A stretch of 64,000 nucleotides of DNA from Patescibacteria group bacterium (GTDB lineage: Bacteria > Patescibacteriota > JABMPQ01 > JAQVVF01): assembly GCA_041662665.1 (NCBI GenBank), contig JBAZSC010000001.1, positions 1,511 through 65,510 on the forward strand. The letters are read 5' to 3'. The notes beneath the pieces were generated by a model, which was not told where the DNA came from, did no database searches, and saw only the letters and a program-made list of their open reading frames with translations. The translations under genes and the position numbers were made by a program. Below are positions 41,354 to 50,009 of the stretch, one piece after another (position 1 is the first letter of the stretch; each line of letters begins with the position of its first letter).

Positions 41354-43270
41354 ATGACGTTTCTCTGGGCTTTGATCGTAAGTTTGTTTGGCGCACAGAG
41401 CCTTGTAATTGACAATCGAAAGACAAGCTACATTTTCCACGCAGTCATTCGTTGCGTTGTTTACTTGGTTTTGATATGGCTCATCCAGTATAAAGTTTTG
41501 ATCACTTTTGATGGCATCAGAACATTTACGGTAATTCTATGTCTGTTTTTGATCAGCAACGGCTATGATCTATTTATCAATAGTGATTGTGGTGATGGAG
41601 AAGTCAGTAATTCAGGACTTGTAACAATGGTTATCGGAATTCTAGTCTTAATTGCTCTGCCAATTTGTACTAGCGATTGTGGCCATGCAGACACGCTTTA
41701 CCAAAAAGCAGCTTCAATGCAAGTTGATGCAAGCAAGTTCAATCAAAATCCAGTTGATGAAAATCATATTCGAGTTGTGCCAAGAGAAACAGCTTTGAGA
41801 ATTGCTCGTGAAAAGATTTCTTCAAGCGGTCAAAACTATGGCGCCTATTACCAGTTTGAAGATGCGACAATGACTATTCAGAAGGTTAATGACAGATTGT
41901 ATTGGGTCGCGCCAATGGAATTTGGCGGATTCTTCAAATCAATGAATGCAGGAAAAACATCACCAGGCTACATCATGATTTCAGCTGAAGATGAGACAGA
42001 AAAGCCTCGATTGATTACCAAAAAAGCTGACAAATCAGAAATGAAAATGCTATATCTAATGTCAGCATATTTTGGGAACGCGCTAGATAGATATTTGTAT
42101 AATGAGCATCCAGATTGGTACCTCGCTGATTTCTCGTTTGAAATTGATGAGCAGTTGAATCCATGGCAAGTGGTTACAGTTCTTGATTGTTTCAAGGGTT
42201 ACGATTATTACACTATAAAGGGTGTCTTGGTTGTCAATCCGGAAACAGGTGCAGAGAAATTCTACAAAGTAAATGATATTCCAAACTGGGTTGATCGAGC
42301 TGTACCTCAAGAATTGGCAATTGATTATTTCAAATGGTGGGGCACTTACAAGCATGGTTGGATGAACAATGTGAATGCCAATCCAGACTTGAAAAAGCCA
42401 ACAGAAATTGGTGAAAAGAGCGCTGTTGAAATGGTTTGGGGATCTGACGGTGAGCCGTATTGGTTCACAGGCTTTACCTCAATGAATGACAATGATCAAT
42501 CGCTAGTCGGCAAAGCTTTCATGGATTCAAGGACTGGCAAGTTCTTCTTTCTTCCTGCAAGTGGTGCAACTGAAGAGCGAATTGAAAGCGATATCTTGGC
42601 AGCACTTGGCAAGCAAGTTGTTGAGCAATCACCAACTGAGCCTATTCCTTACAATATGTATGGTCAGCCAAACTGCTGGGTTGCACAAGTGATTTCAATG
42701 TCAGGAAAGAGTCATTCCGGAGGAGCTCTTGTTAAAATTGCAATCGTAAATGGTGATACATCTTCACCACCAATTCTGGCTGATAGCAAAAAGGAAGCAC
42801 TGACACTATTCAAAAAGACTTTGTCACAACGAGGAATTCAGGCAACAGTCAGTGACACAAGCGAAGTCAAAGAATACAAGGGTAAGATTGACCGCCTTAG
42901 CATTATCCCGCAAGAAAAATCAACCAGCATTCGCTTCAGTCTCGAAGGAATGCCATTGGAATTTGCTTGTGATGTCATGAAGTCTGATCAAAGCAAGACA
43001 TCTTTGACACTAGCCAAGCCTGGTGATGTTGTCAGTGTCAAATACTTTGAAACCAAAGAGCGAGTCGTGACAGTTGATGATTACACAGTAGAAGGACAAT
43101 CCCCAATTATCTCGCCAAATCAAGAAAGATCTGACGAAATGATGAGACAACAAGAAGAGTTAGAGCAAGAGCAAGATCCACATAGAGTTCTTCCAGGCCT
43201 AGAGGGACTAGAAGAAATAGTCAATCCAAATAGTAGAAAGCCAGATTGGCGAGGTCTTATTCTCTACTAA
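41354..43270 (+). CDS. membrane-anchored protein with a large extracellular domain, unknown function
   Basis: 4 N-terminal TMs; W/Y/G-rich extracellular region; GAGGAGG SD. Confidence 0.8.
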   Translation: MTFLWALIVSLFGAQSLVIDNRKTSYIFHAVIRCVVYLVLIWLIQYKVLITFDGIRTFTVILCLFLISNGYDLFINSDCGDGEVSNSGLVTMVIGILVLIALPICTSDCGHADTLYQKAASMQVDASKFNQNPVDENHIRVVPRETALRIAREKISSSGQNYGAYYQFEDATMTIQKVNDRLYWVAPMEFGGFFKSMNAGKTSPGYIMISAEDETEKPRLITKKADKSEMKMLYLMSAYFGNALDRYLYNEHPDWYLADFSFEIDEQLNPWQVVTVLDCFKGYDYYTIKGVLVVNPETGAEKFYKVNDIPNWVDRAVPQELAIDYFKWWGTYKHGWMNNVNANPDLKKPTEIGEKSAVEMVWGSDGEPYWFTGFTSMNDNDQSLVGKAFMDSRTGKFFFLPASGATEERIESDILAALGKQVVEQSPTEPIPYNMYGQPNCWVAQVISMSGKSHSGGALVKIAIVNGDTSSPPILADSKKEALTLFKKTLSQRGIQATVSDTSEVKEYKGKIDRLSIIPQEKSTSIRFSLEGMPLEFACDVMKSDQSKTSLTLAKPGDVVSVKYFETKERVVTVDDYTVEGQSPIISPNQERSDEMMRQQEELEQEQDPHRVLPGLEGLEEIVNPNSRKPDWRGLILY

Positions 43271-43319
43271 TATTTAATATCTTTGTACCTTATTTAACCG
43301 CAATCGCGGTTTTTTTATT

Positions 43320-43582
43320 TTCAGAGCGTCAGAACGTCAGACCGTAGGACCGTCAGACCGTCTGAGCTTCGGAACGTCGGAACGTCAGATCGTCAGACAT
43401 TAGAACTTAAAATTTATAAGTTTAAAAGTTTAGATTTTGGATTGCTTAGCCTCGAAATATTAAAGATTAAAGCTGTCGGAACTCTCCGACTAATTTTCTA
43501 TAGTCCAGCCCTCAAACAAGATACTCCGAAATCCGACGTTCTCACATTCTGATTTCCTACGCTCCGAAGCTCCTACGCTCTG
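43320..43582. repeat. 8-mer (CAGAACGT/CGGAACGT vs GCTCCGA) tandem-inverted repeat region
   Basis: Same family as 16420, 17051, 43755-43940 and 50330-50425. Confidence 0.6.
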
Positions 43583-43734
43583 TTCTTATCCTGTGCATAA
43601 CTATAGGATAACCTGTGTTTTAGTGCCTTTTAGCTGTTGGCAATTTAATTGAATAAGTGTTACAATTATGTCGGAAGTGTCGGACATTTCCGACAGTAGC
43701 TTAAATAAGGCAAAAAGTCTGTTTCTGCTCAAAA

Positions 43735-43750
43735 TGTTCCACGTGGAACA
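43735..43750. promoter_or_regulatory. parS site
   Basis: Perfect palindrome TGTTCCACGTGGAACA matching the ParB-binding consensus. Confidence 0.85.
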
Positions 43751-43951
43751 TTCGTGGAGCGTCGGAACGTCAGAACGTAAGAGCGTCAGATCGTCAGTTC
43801 GTCGGACGGTCGGACCGTCGGACCGTCGGAAAATCCTAACTCAGGATTATAATCCAATGCCTAGAAATTCCACGTCCAACGCTCAAACATTCATACGATC
43901 TTCCGTTCTGACGTTCCGACGCTCCGACGCTCCGACGCTCATCACACAAAT

Positions 43952-44701
43952 ATGGACATCCGCGAATCGTTACAACAATTTGGTCTAAAACTCAGCGAGT
44001 CAAATCTTTACCTCGCTGGTTTAAAGTTGGGCAAAGCAACAGTTAATGCCCTGTCAAAAGAAGCCAATGTAAAAAGAACAACAGCTTATGACAGTTTAGA
44101 GAAGCTAAAAAAAATCAAACTTACAAAAGAGTACAAAAAGGGGAGATCTACAATCTATGAAATGAGTTCTCCTGAAAGTCTTCGCGATACATTAAAAATG
44201 CAAAGAGAAAAATTAATAGAACAAGAAGTCCTACTCACCGACCTTATTCCTAATATCAATGACTTTTTGAAATCAGAAACAAAGGTTGAAAATATTAAAA
44301 AGTGTGATAAGATTGAAGACATCAAGCAGATTTTGTTCGATCTTTTCTTATCTAAAGACAAATTGCTAATCATGGGATCCGACAAATACTTAAGCGAATA
44401 TTTAGATAAAATGAAATTCCTAGATAAATTTTTAAGTCAAAGAATCTCTAAGAACAACAATATCTATATCGTTACTGATGCAAAAGACATTGTTACTGGT
44501 AAATACCCTGCTGATCAATCATCTCCTCATTACAAATTTACGCCTAATCAGATTGACTTCAAATCATTAATTTTAATTTCGGGAAATCGTTTCTTGCAAA
44601 TTCATTTCAACGCAAAAGTTACAGCACTATATATAGAAGACAAACATTTTATTTCAGCAATGAGATATTTCTTTCAATTCTTGTGGAATTCATTGAAATA
44701 G
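43952..44701 (+). CDS. TrmB-family transcriptional regulator
   Basis: L--FGL---E--LYLA-L-LG...V-RTTAYD-L--L wHTH. Confidence 0.85.
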   Translation: MDIRESLQQFGLKLSESNLYLAGLKLGKATVNALSKEANVKRTTAYDSLEKLKKIKLTKEYKKGRSTIYEMSSPESLRDTLKMQREKLIEQEVLLTDLIPNINDFLKSETKVENIKKCDKIEDIKQILFDLFLSKDKLLIMGSDKYLSEYLDKMKFLDKFLSQRISKNNNIYIVTDAKDIVTGKYPADQSSPHYKFTPNQIDFKSLILISGNRFLQIHFNAKVTALYIEDKHFISAMRYFFQFLWNSLK

Positions 44702-44774
44702 AAGCAGATCTGGCGCTGATTTCGAACGCAGATGCGACGCTGATAACTCTAAATTTAGTTTTGCGAGTATAAAA

Positions 44775-44790
44775 TGTTCCACGTGGAACA
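44775..44790. promoter_or_regulatory. parS site
   Basis: Second TGTTCCACGTGGAACA; palindrome extends to 24 bp (44771-44794). Confidence 0.85.
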
Positions 44791-44871
44791 TTTTGGGAAC
44801 GTGGGAAATGAGAGATGAGAAATGGGAAGTTGTTCCCACATCCCACTTCTCACGTTCACGCTTCACATTTT

Positions 44872-44942
44872 CGGGACATAGTATACCGGTAGTACGCGTC
44901 CTTCGGGAGGATGTAGACTGAGTTCGATTCTCAGTGTCCCGA
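44872..44942 (+). tRNA. tRNA-Pro(CGG)
   Basis: CGGGACA acceptor stem, TT-CGG-GA loop. Confidence 0.9.
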
Positions 44943-45070
44943 TAATCGAATAACAAAATAACAAAATTCTAAATAACAAAATTGCCGACGTCGTAATTTA
45001 GTTATTTAGCATTTAGCCCGCCTGCATCGCTATGCGAAGCATTGCGGGCAGGTTATTTATAATTCACGCT

Positions 45071-45141
45071 GGGCCTATATTATAGTGGTAATATATCGCA
45101 TTCGCATTGCGGGGACGCGAGTTCGATTCTCGCTAGGTCCA
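45071..45141 (+). tRNA. tRNA-Ala(CGC)
   Basis: G3:U70 pair, TT-CGC-AT loop. Confidence 0.88.
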
Positions 45142-45224
45142 AATCAACTTTTAACAATTAACAGTTAACATTTAACAATCGCAAAAAGTGTTAATTGTTA
45201 AAAGTTAATGGTTAAATGTTAAAA

Positions 45225-45296
45225 GGGCAATTAGCTCAGTGGTAGAGCGTTCCGTTCACATCGGAGAGGCCAGTGGTTCGATACCACTATTGCCCA
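45225..45296 (+). tRNA. tRNA-Val(CAC)
   Basis: Cloverleaf, TT-CAC-AT loop. Confidence 0.92.
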
Positions 45297-45363
45297 TTCA
45301 AAATAATTTTCAATTACCAATTTACAATAAATTTCCAATATTTAATTTTCAATATAAAACAAA

Positions 45364-46815
45364 ATGTTCAAAAAAATCATCAAGAATTCATATTTATACT
45401 TATTTTACGCCTTTCTATTTACAATTCCTTTTCAAAAGCGTCATATATTCAATTTAGCGACTGCAAAAATAGGTGATATCTTTGTTGAATGGCAAACAAT
45501 CACTATTTATGCGTCAGATATTTTGTTTGCATTATGCTTGATTTTTTGGGTAATTAATTTAATTCTTGTCAAAACAAAAAAGCAAGAAAATCACCCTACG
45601 GGTGACCACTCGAAGGGTGGCAATAAAACAAACCCTTTCATATTCATATTGCCGATAGCAATCTTCTTTTTCAGCTTAATAAGTGTTTTTGTCAACTATA
45701 ATAACTATTTAGATCACAATGTTGCGATCTTCAGAATGATCAAGCTAGCAGAATTCATTCTGCTTATTATTTTTATAATCTTAAATTTAAACACAAAAAA
45801 GAGGCTTATTTCAGCCATTTATGTTCTAATTACATCAGGTGTGTTATCTTCAATCTTAGTCATTATTCAGTATTTAAAACAACAGACTCTAGGATTAACA
45901 ATATTAGGCGAGCCATTAGTATTACCAGTACTTCAAAATGTTGCCAAAATAGTCCTAGACAATGGCAATGTGATTATGCGAGCTTATGGCACTTTTCCAC
46001 ATCCGAATGTTCTAGCAGGCTTTTTGCTAGCAAGTATGGTAATTCTGATAGGATTAATGATTTATCAGCTCAATAATTATGGCTTAGATAAGCCAAAATA
46101 TAGAATATTGACAATTTTGCTAAGTTTTGGTCTAATTTTAGAATTCATTGCTTTCATCTTTACATTTTCAAGAACAGCTTGGATTGCCTTTGTTATAGCT
46201 TTAGCAATCTTAGTTATTAGTTTAAGAAAGAAAATAGTCATTGCTCTAAATAATATCAAAACAAACAGCTTTTATCACCCATTTATCATTATAATTTTGG
46301 CAATTATATTCATCATTGTTGCGCAATGGCCACAAATTACTGCACGAGCAGCAATCGCTGATCAAAATGGCGACAAAGCTGTTTCAAATCGCGCTTTTTA
46401 CAATCAGATTTCATTTAACATGATTAAGTCTCATCCATTTTTTGGAATTGGCTACAATAACTTCACTAGCCAAATGTCAAAATATACAAATCAAAAAATT
46501 GAATGGTGGCAATACCAGCCGGCACACAATATCTATTTGCTGATTTTTGCAGAATCTGGAATTTTCAGTTTGTTGTCATTTTTAGGGCTAATTATTGTTA
46601 TTAGTTATCAGTTATCCGCCTTTGCTTTCGCTTCGGCGGACAAGCAAGTTAACAGTTCGATATTTAATTTTGTTTGTTTTAGTATTCTCGTTGCTTTTCT
46701 TTTTATCGCATTATTCGATCATTATTTATGGACGATTCAACAAGGTCAACTATTATTTTGGCTGGTACTTGGTTTAACAGCAACAAAAATTAATCAACAA
46801 AAAATCGAGAAATAA
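45364..46815 (+). CDS. O-antigen ligase / Wzy_C-family membrane protein
   Basis: RAYGTFPHPNVLAGFL, TFSRTAW, HPFFGIG, AHNIYL. Confidence 0.88.
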   Translation: MFKKIIKNSYLYLFYAFLFTIPFQKRHIFNLATAKIGDIFVEWQTITIYASDILFALCLIFWVINLILVKTKKQENHPTGDHSKGGNKTNPFIFILPIAIFFFSLISVFVNYNNYLDHNVAIFRMIKLAEFILLIIFIILNLNTKKRLISAIYVLITSGVLSSILVIIQYLKQQTLGLTILGEPLVLPVLQNVAKIVLDNGNVIMRAYGTFPHPNVLAGFLLASMVILIGLMIYQLNNYGLDKPKYRILTILLSFGLILEFIAFIFTFSRTAWIAFVIALAILVISLRKKIVIALNNIKTNSFYHPFIIIILAIIFIIVAQWPQITARAAIADQNGDKAVSNRAFYNQISFNMIKSHPFFGIGYNNFTSQMSKYTNQKIEWWQYQPAHNIYLLIFAESGIFSLLSFLGLIIVISYQLSAFAFASADKQVNSSIFNFVCFSILVAFLFIALFDHYLWTIQQGQLLFWLVLGLTATKINQQKIEK

Positions 46816-46844
46816 TCTCGATTTTTTTAAATTAATTTTTATAA

Positions 46845-47144
46845 TTATTTTACAATTCCATTTAGCATGTTGCTAGCAATATTTCCTAAGAAATTTGTAC
46901 TTAGATCATAATAATACATTGCAACAGAGATTCCAATCAAAACAAGAGTCAAAATAATCAAATTTCTTAAATCTTTGTTAATGTAACTTGTCTTAAGGGA
47001 CAAAGAATTTGTTTCAGCACTTGTTTTATCGCCATTTAAAATAGCAGTATAAGATTCTTTTTCAGATTTTTGATTTTTGTACAAATTCTTAATGTAATCA
47101 AGATTCTTTTGTCTTCTTTCTTCTTTCTTATTATTCTTTGACAT
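46845..47144 (-). CDS. small single-TM protein
   Basis: Basic N-terminus, YI--DL---IL motif then TM. Confidence 0.65.
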   Translation of the reverse strand: MSKNNKKEERRQKNLDYIKNLYKNQKSEKESYTAILNGDKTSAETNSLSLKTSYINKDLRNLIILTLVLIGISVAMYYYDLSTNFLGNIASNMLNGIVK

Positions 47145-47393
47145 AAAATTAGATTAATTTATTTAAAGATATAATAGCAACAATTAAAAATAATTTCTAT
47201 AGAAAAACAAAAAGCCCAGGAAAAACCTGGGCAATTTGTTTAGAATGGAAAGAGCAAATATTATTTCAAATCTAATTATATTGAAAAATAAAAATTAGTC
47301 AAGATAATTATCAACAGCAAAAAATTTTAAAATTTTAAAAAAGCATGCTATATTAAATTAACAAAATTATTTACTAATTATTTAATAAAAAAC

Positions 47394-47954
47394 ATGGAAA
47401 ACAAAGCTCGAAAAGCAGCGATCGTTTTGTCAGCTGTTGCTTTTGCACTTGTGCTCACTGGAGCAGGTTGCAAAAAAAGTTCAACAGAGACTGCTACAAC
47501 AACAGAAAAAAATTGGACATCATCAACTGAAAAAGGCTCAATTCCAGACAAAGCAATTTCTGGAAAAATCAATGGCAAGAATGTTACAATCGCAAATGTA
47601 GCAATTACTAAATTTGACGGTAAGTATGATTGGGCTTTTTCAAATCAGGCTCCATCAGAAGCATGCGGAGTAGTAACAGGCAATGATGCAGTAAATATTA
47701 GCATGAAGACATTACAAAAAGGCACATTTGAAAAAACTGTTAGCGAAGAATTACCTTTCAATGATTACAGCTCATACTATTATTACAACCAAGAAAATGG
47801 CACACCAATGAGCATTAACACAAATTGGGATGCAAAAGTTGTAATCACAAATATTGATGAAGCAGCAAAGAAAGTAACAGGCTTTGCAAAAATCAGCTAT
47901 GATGATACAAAGACAGAAATTTCTGGCGCATTTACTGCTGACCTTTGCGAGTAA
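47394..47954 (+). CDS. lipoprotein of unknown function
   Basis: Signal peptide ending LTGAG-C. Confidence 0.8.
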   Translation: MENKARKAAIVLSAVAFALVLTGAGCKKSSTETATTTEKNWTSSTEKGSIPDKAISGKINGKNVTIANVAITKFDGKYDWAFSNQAPSEACGVVTGNDAVNISMKTLQKGTFEKTVSEELPFNDYSSYYYYNQENGTPMSINTNWDAKVVITNIDEAAKKVTGFAKISYDDTKTEISGAFTADLCE

Positions 47955-47994
47955 AAAAAGTTAAATAAGTTAGACTAGTTAGACTAGTTAAATA

Positions 47995-48023
47995 AAAAAG
48001 GCGAGCAATTTTGCTCGTCTTTT
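47995..48023. terminator. bidirectional intrinsic terminator
   Basis: AAAAAGGCGAGCAA-TT-TTGCTCGTCTTTT between convergent units. Confidence 0.7.
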
Positions 48024-48295
48024 CGTTTATGTTTGCTAGAATCGGCTAAGGTTGGAGTGAGATTTAATGAAAAATCTTTTTAAAGATCAATCATTTAAAC
48101 CTTAGCCAGTTTTAGAAAACGAGTTTACCAGTAACTAGTAATTAGTAACTAGTAACTCGAATTACGATTCTCACAATCTTGAAATTTCTTTCAAGACTCT
48201 GAGAATCCGCCAGCATAATATAATAAAAATATGAATAATCGCTAGCGGAATAATGTGCTTCTTAGGGAACAAAATATTAGGGAACAAAATTCTTT

Positions 48296-48556
48296 CTAGG
48301 AATGGTAAACGTACCCCTTTCCATCCATATCCCAGACGTAGATCTTCCAGCCGTCAACGTTGTCCTTAGCCGTCGACACCATCGGGTAGGAGCTGTTCAG
48401 GATGGTCATCTCGAGCATCCCGTACAGAACGATCGCCATCGGGTAGTTCTTGTGGTAGCACGAGGGCACGTACCCGACCTCCTGGACACACGCGATGGCT
48501 TTCTGGTAGAGAACAAATCCAAGCGCGTCCAGTCCGTTCACCTGGTTCGTGATCAT
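48296..48556 (-). CDS. 86-aa GC-rich cassette ORF
   Basis: GGAGAGG SD before ATG; GC3-rich codons. Confidence 0.65.
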   Translation of the reverse strand: MITNQVNGLDALGFVLYQKAIACVQEVGYVPSCYHKNYPMAIVLYGMLEMTILNSSYPMVSTAKDNVDGWKIYVWDMDGKGYVYHS

Positions 48557-48817
48557 CTGCCTCTCCGTTGCCTGTTCTCACAGGCTCAAGTGGCTGCACT
48601 TGCAGCATCATGATGACATTTTATCAGCATGATGCTACAAGTCAGATGTTTTAAAGATCCTCACAATTTTGGAAACTAGTAGAGAGTAATACACTCATGT
48701 TCCAAAGCTGTGGGGATCCTGCAAAACTTACGTCTTACAGGAAAGGTACAATCGCCGAGAGAGGATCTCGACTTCCCGTTGCCCTATTCGTAGAATCAGG
48801 CATTGGGCAATCAATGT

Positions 48818-48901
48818 TCAGGCGAGTAAACCGTACAAGCACGCAGAAGCAATGATGAGGGCGAAAAGAAATACACCATCAAGCACCAGATTCTTGATCA
48901 T
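48818..48901 (-). CDS. 27-aa single-TM peptide MIKNLVLDGVFLFALIIASACLYGLLA
   Basis: AGGAGG 8 nt upstream, directly 3' of hairpin H3; not in ORF track. Confidence 0.7.
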   Translation of the reverse strand: MIKNLVLDGVFLFALIIASACLYGLLA

Positions 48902-49049
48902 TTGTCGTTCCTCCTGAAAGATCCTCACAATTTTGGAACAAGAGATTTCAGAAGGGGAAGGGATTTCCTTCCGACCTCCGACATCCGATTTCCGATTTCC
49001 AAAGCTGTGAGAATCCGCCAGAAAAAATAATTGAATATTTTACTAGCGG

Positions 49050-49224
49050 AGAAAGTACCAACAATAATAATGAGCACAGGTGGTCCATTCTTCCGAGTCC
49101 TCCGCCTTCTGCTACAACTCAAGCTCTGCTTGGTCGTCGTATGCAGATTAAGGCTGAACCTTGAGGACGAACAAAGCCTTACAGCTTTGCCCTTCTCGGA
49201 CCGCGGGTTTTGCAGGGAACCCAT
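49050..49224 (-). pseudogene. possible decayed cassette ORF
   Basis: GGAGGG SD plus ATG; GC3-biased codons continue in another frame that contains stops. Confidence 0.35.
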
Positions 49225-49273
49225 GGTTAAACCCTCCAGCAAGTCTTAACGCTCTTGCTGGTAGCGTGACACA

Positions 49274-49534
49274 CTACTTTTCGTCCATCTTGAACGAAAA
49301 GTCGTGGACTCCACCAAGCTTATCCTGCACCCTGACGTACAGAGTGCCGTAAGTGGGGATCCGACCCGCCGTGCACGCGTATGTGCGGCTCTCGACGTTT
49401 CCCGAGGCGAACAGACTCGCCTCGCGGATGATGTTCCTTCCCTCCTCCGCCAGGAACCAGGTCCTGGCGATCTCGCCCGTCCAACCGGGCATTGGTCCAC
49501 CGACCAACGCCAAACACTCATCCATCCTCGTCAT
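49274..49534 (-). CDS. 86-aa GC-rich cassette ORF
   Basis: AAGGAGAG SD; GC3-rich codons. Confidence 0.65.
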   Translation of the reverse strand: MTRMDECLALVGGPMPGWTGEIARTWFLAEEGRNIIREASLFASGNVESRTYACTAGRIPTYGTLYVRVQDKLGGVHDFSFKMDEK

Positions 49535-49889
49535 AAAACTCTCCTTCGCCCTTTTTTAGGGCGGCTTGCCTCCAGATTGACACCGAGTGAAATCTCGGTA
49601 TGGTCACTCTGTCGGCTCTTTTCAATCACCATCATAATGATTATTGAGTAATCAACATAATGGTGATTAAAAAATATTTTAAAGATCCTCACAATTTTGG
49701 AAACTAGTAGAACAAGGGATTTCAGAAGGGGAAGGGATTTCCTTCCGACTTCCGACATCCGATTTCCGATTTCCAAAGCTGTGGGGATCCTGCAAAACTT
49801 ACGTCTTACAGGAAAGGTACAATCGCCGAGAGAGGATCTCGACTTCCCGTTGCCCTATTCGTAGAATCAGGCATTGGGCAGGAGTTAGC

Positions 49890-50009
49890 TCAGTGATTGA
49901 TGAAATACCACATGAGGTAGGAGACGACCATCCCAACGCCTACGCCGGCGAGGAATGTGACTGCGAGTTTTGCCTTCAAGGGCAACAGATCCCATTCGCT
50001 CTGTGGCAT
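49890..50009 (-). CDS. 39-aa single-TM peptide MPQSEWDLLPLKAKLAVTFLAGVGVGMVVSYLMWYFINH
   Basis: AGGAGGG SD directly 3' of hairpin H5; not in ORF track. Confidence 0.7.
   Translation of the reverse strand: MPQSEWDLLPLKAKLAVTFLAGVGVGMVVSYLMWYFINH

Noticed and set aside
43668-43988. 106-aa ORF upstream of the TrmB gene
   Set aside because: Composed of parS and 8-mer repeats; low-complexity translation.
28436-45457. ORFs 28436..28672, 44690..44956 and 45239..45457
   Set aside because: They overlap tRNA genes or repeats; spurious.
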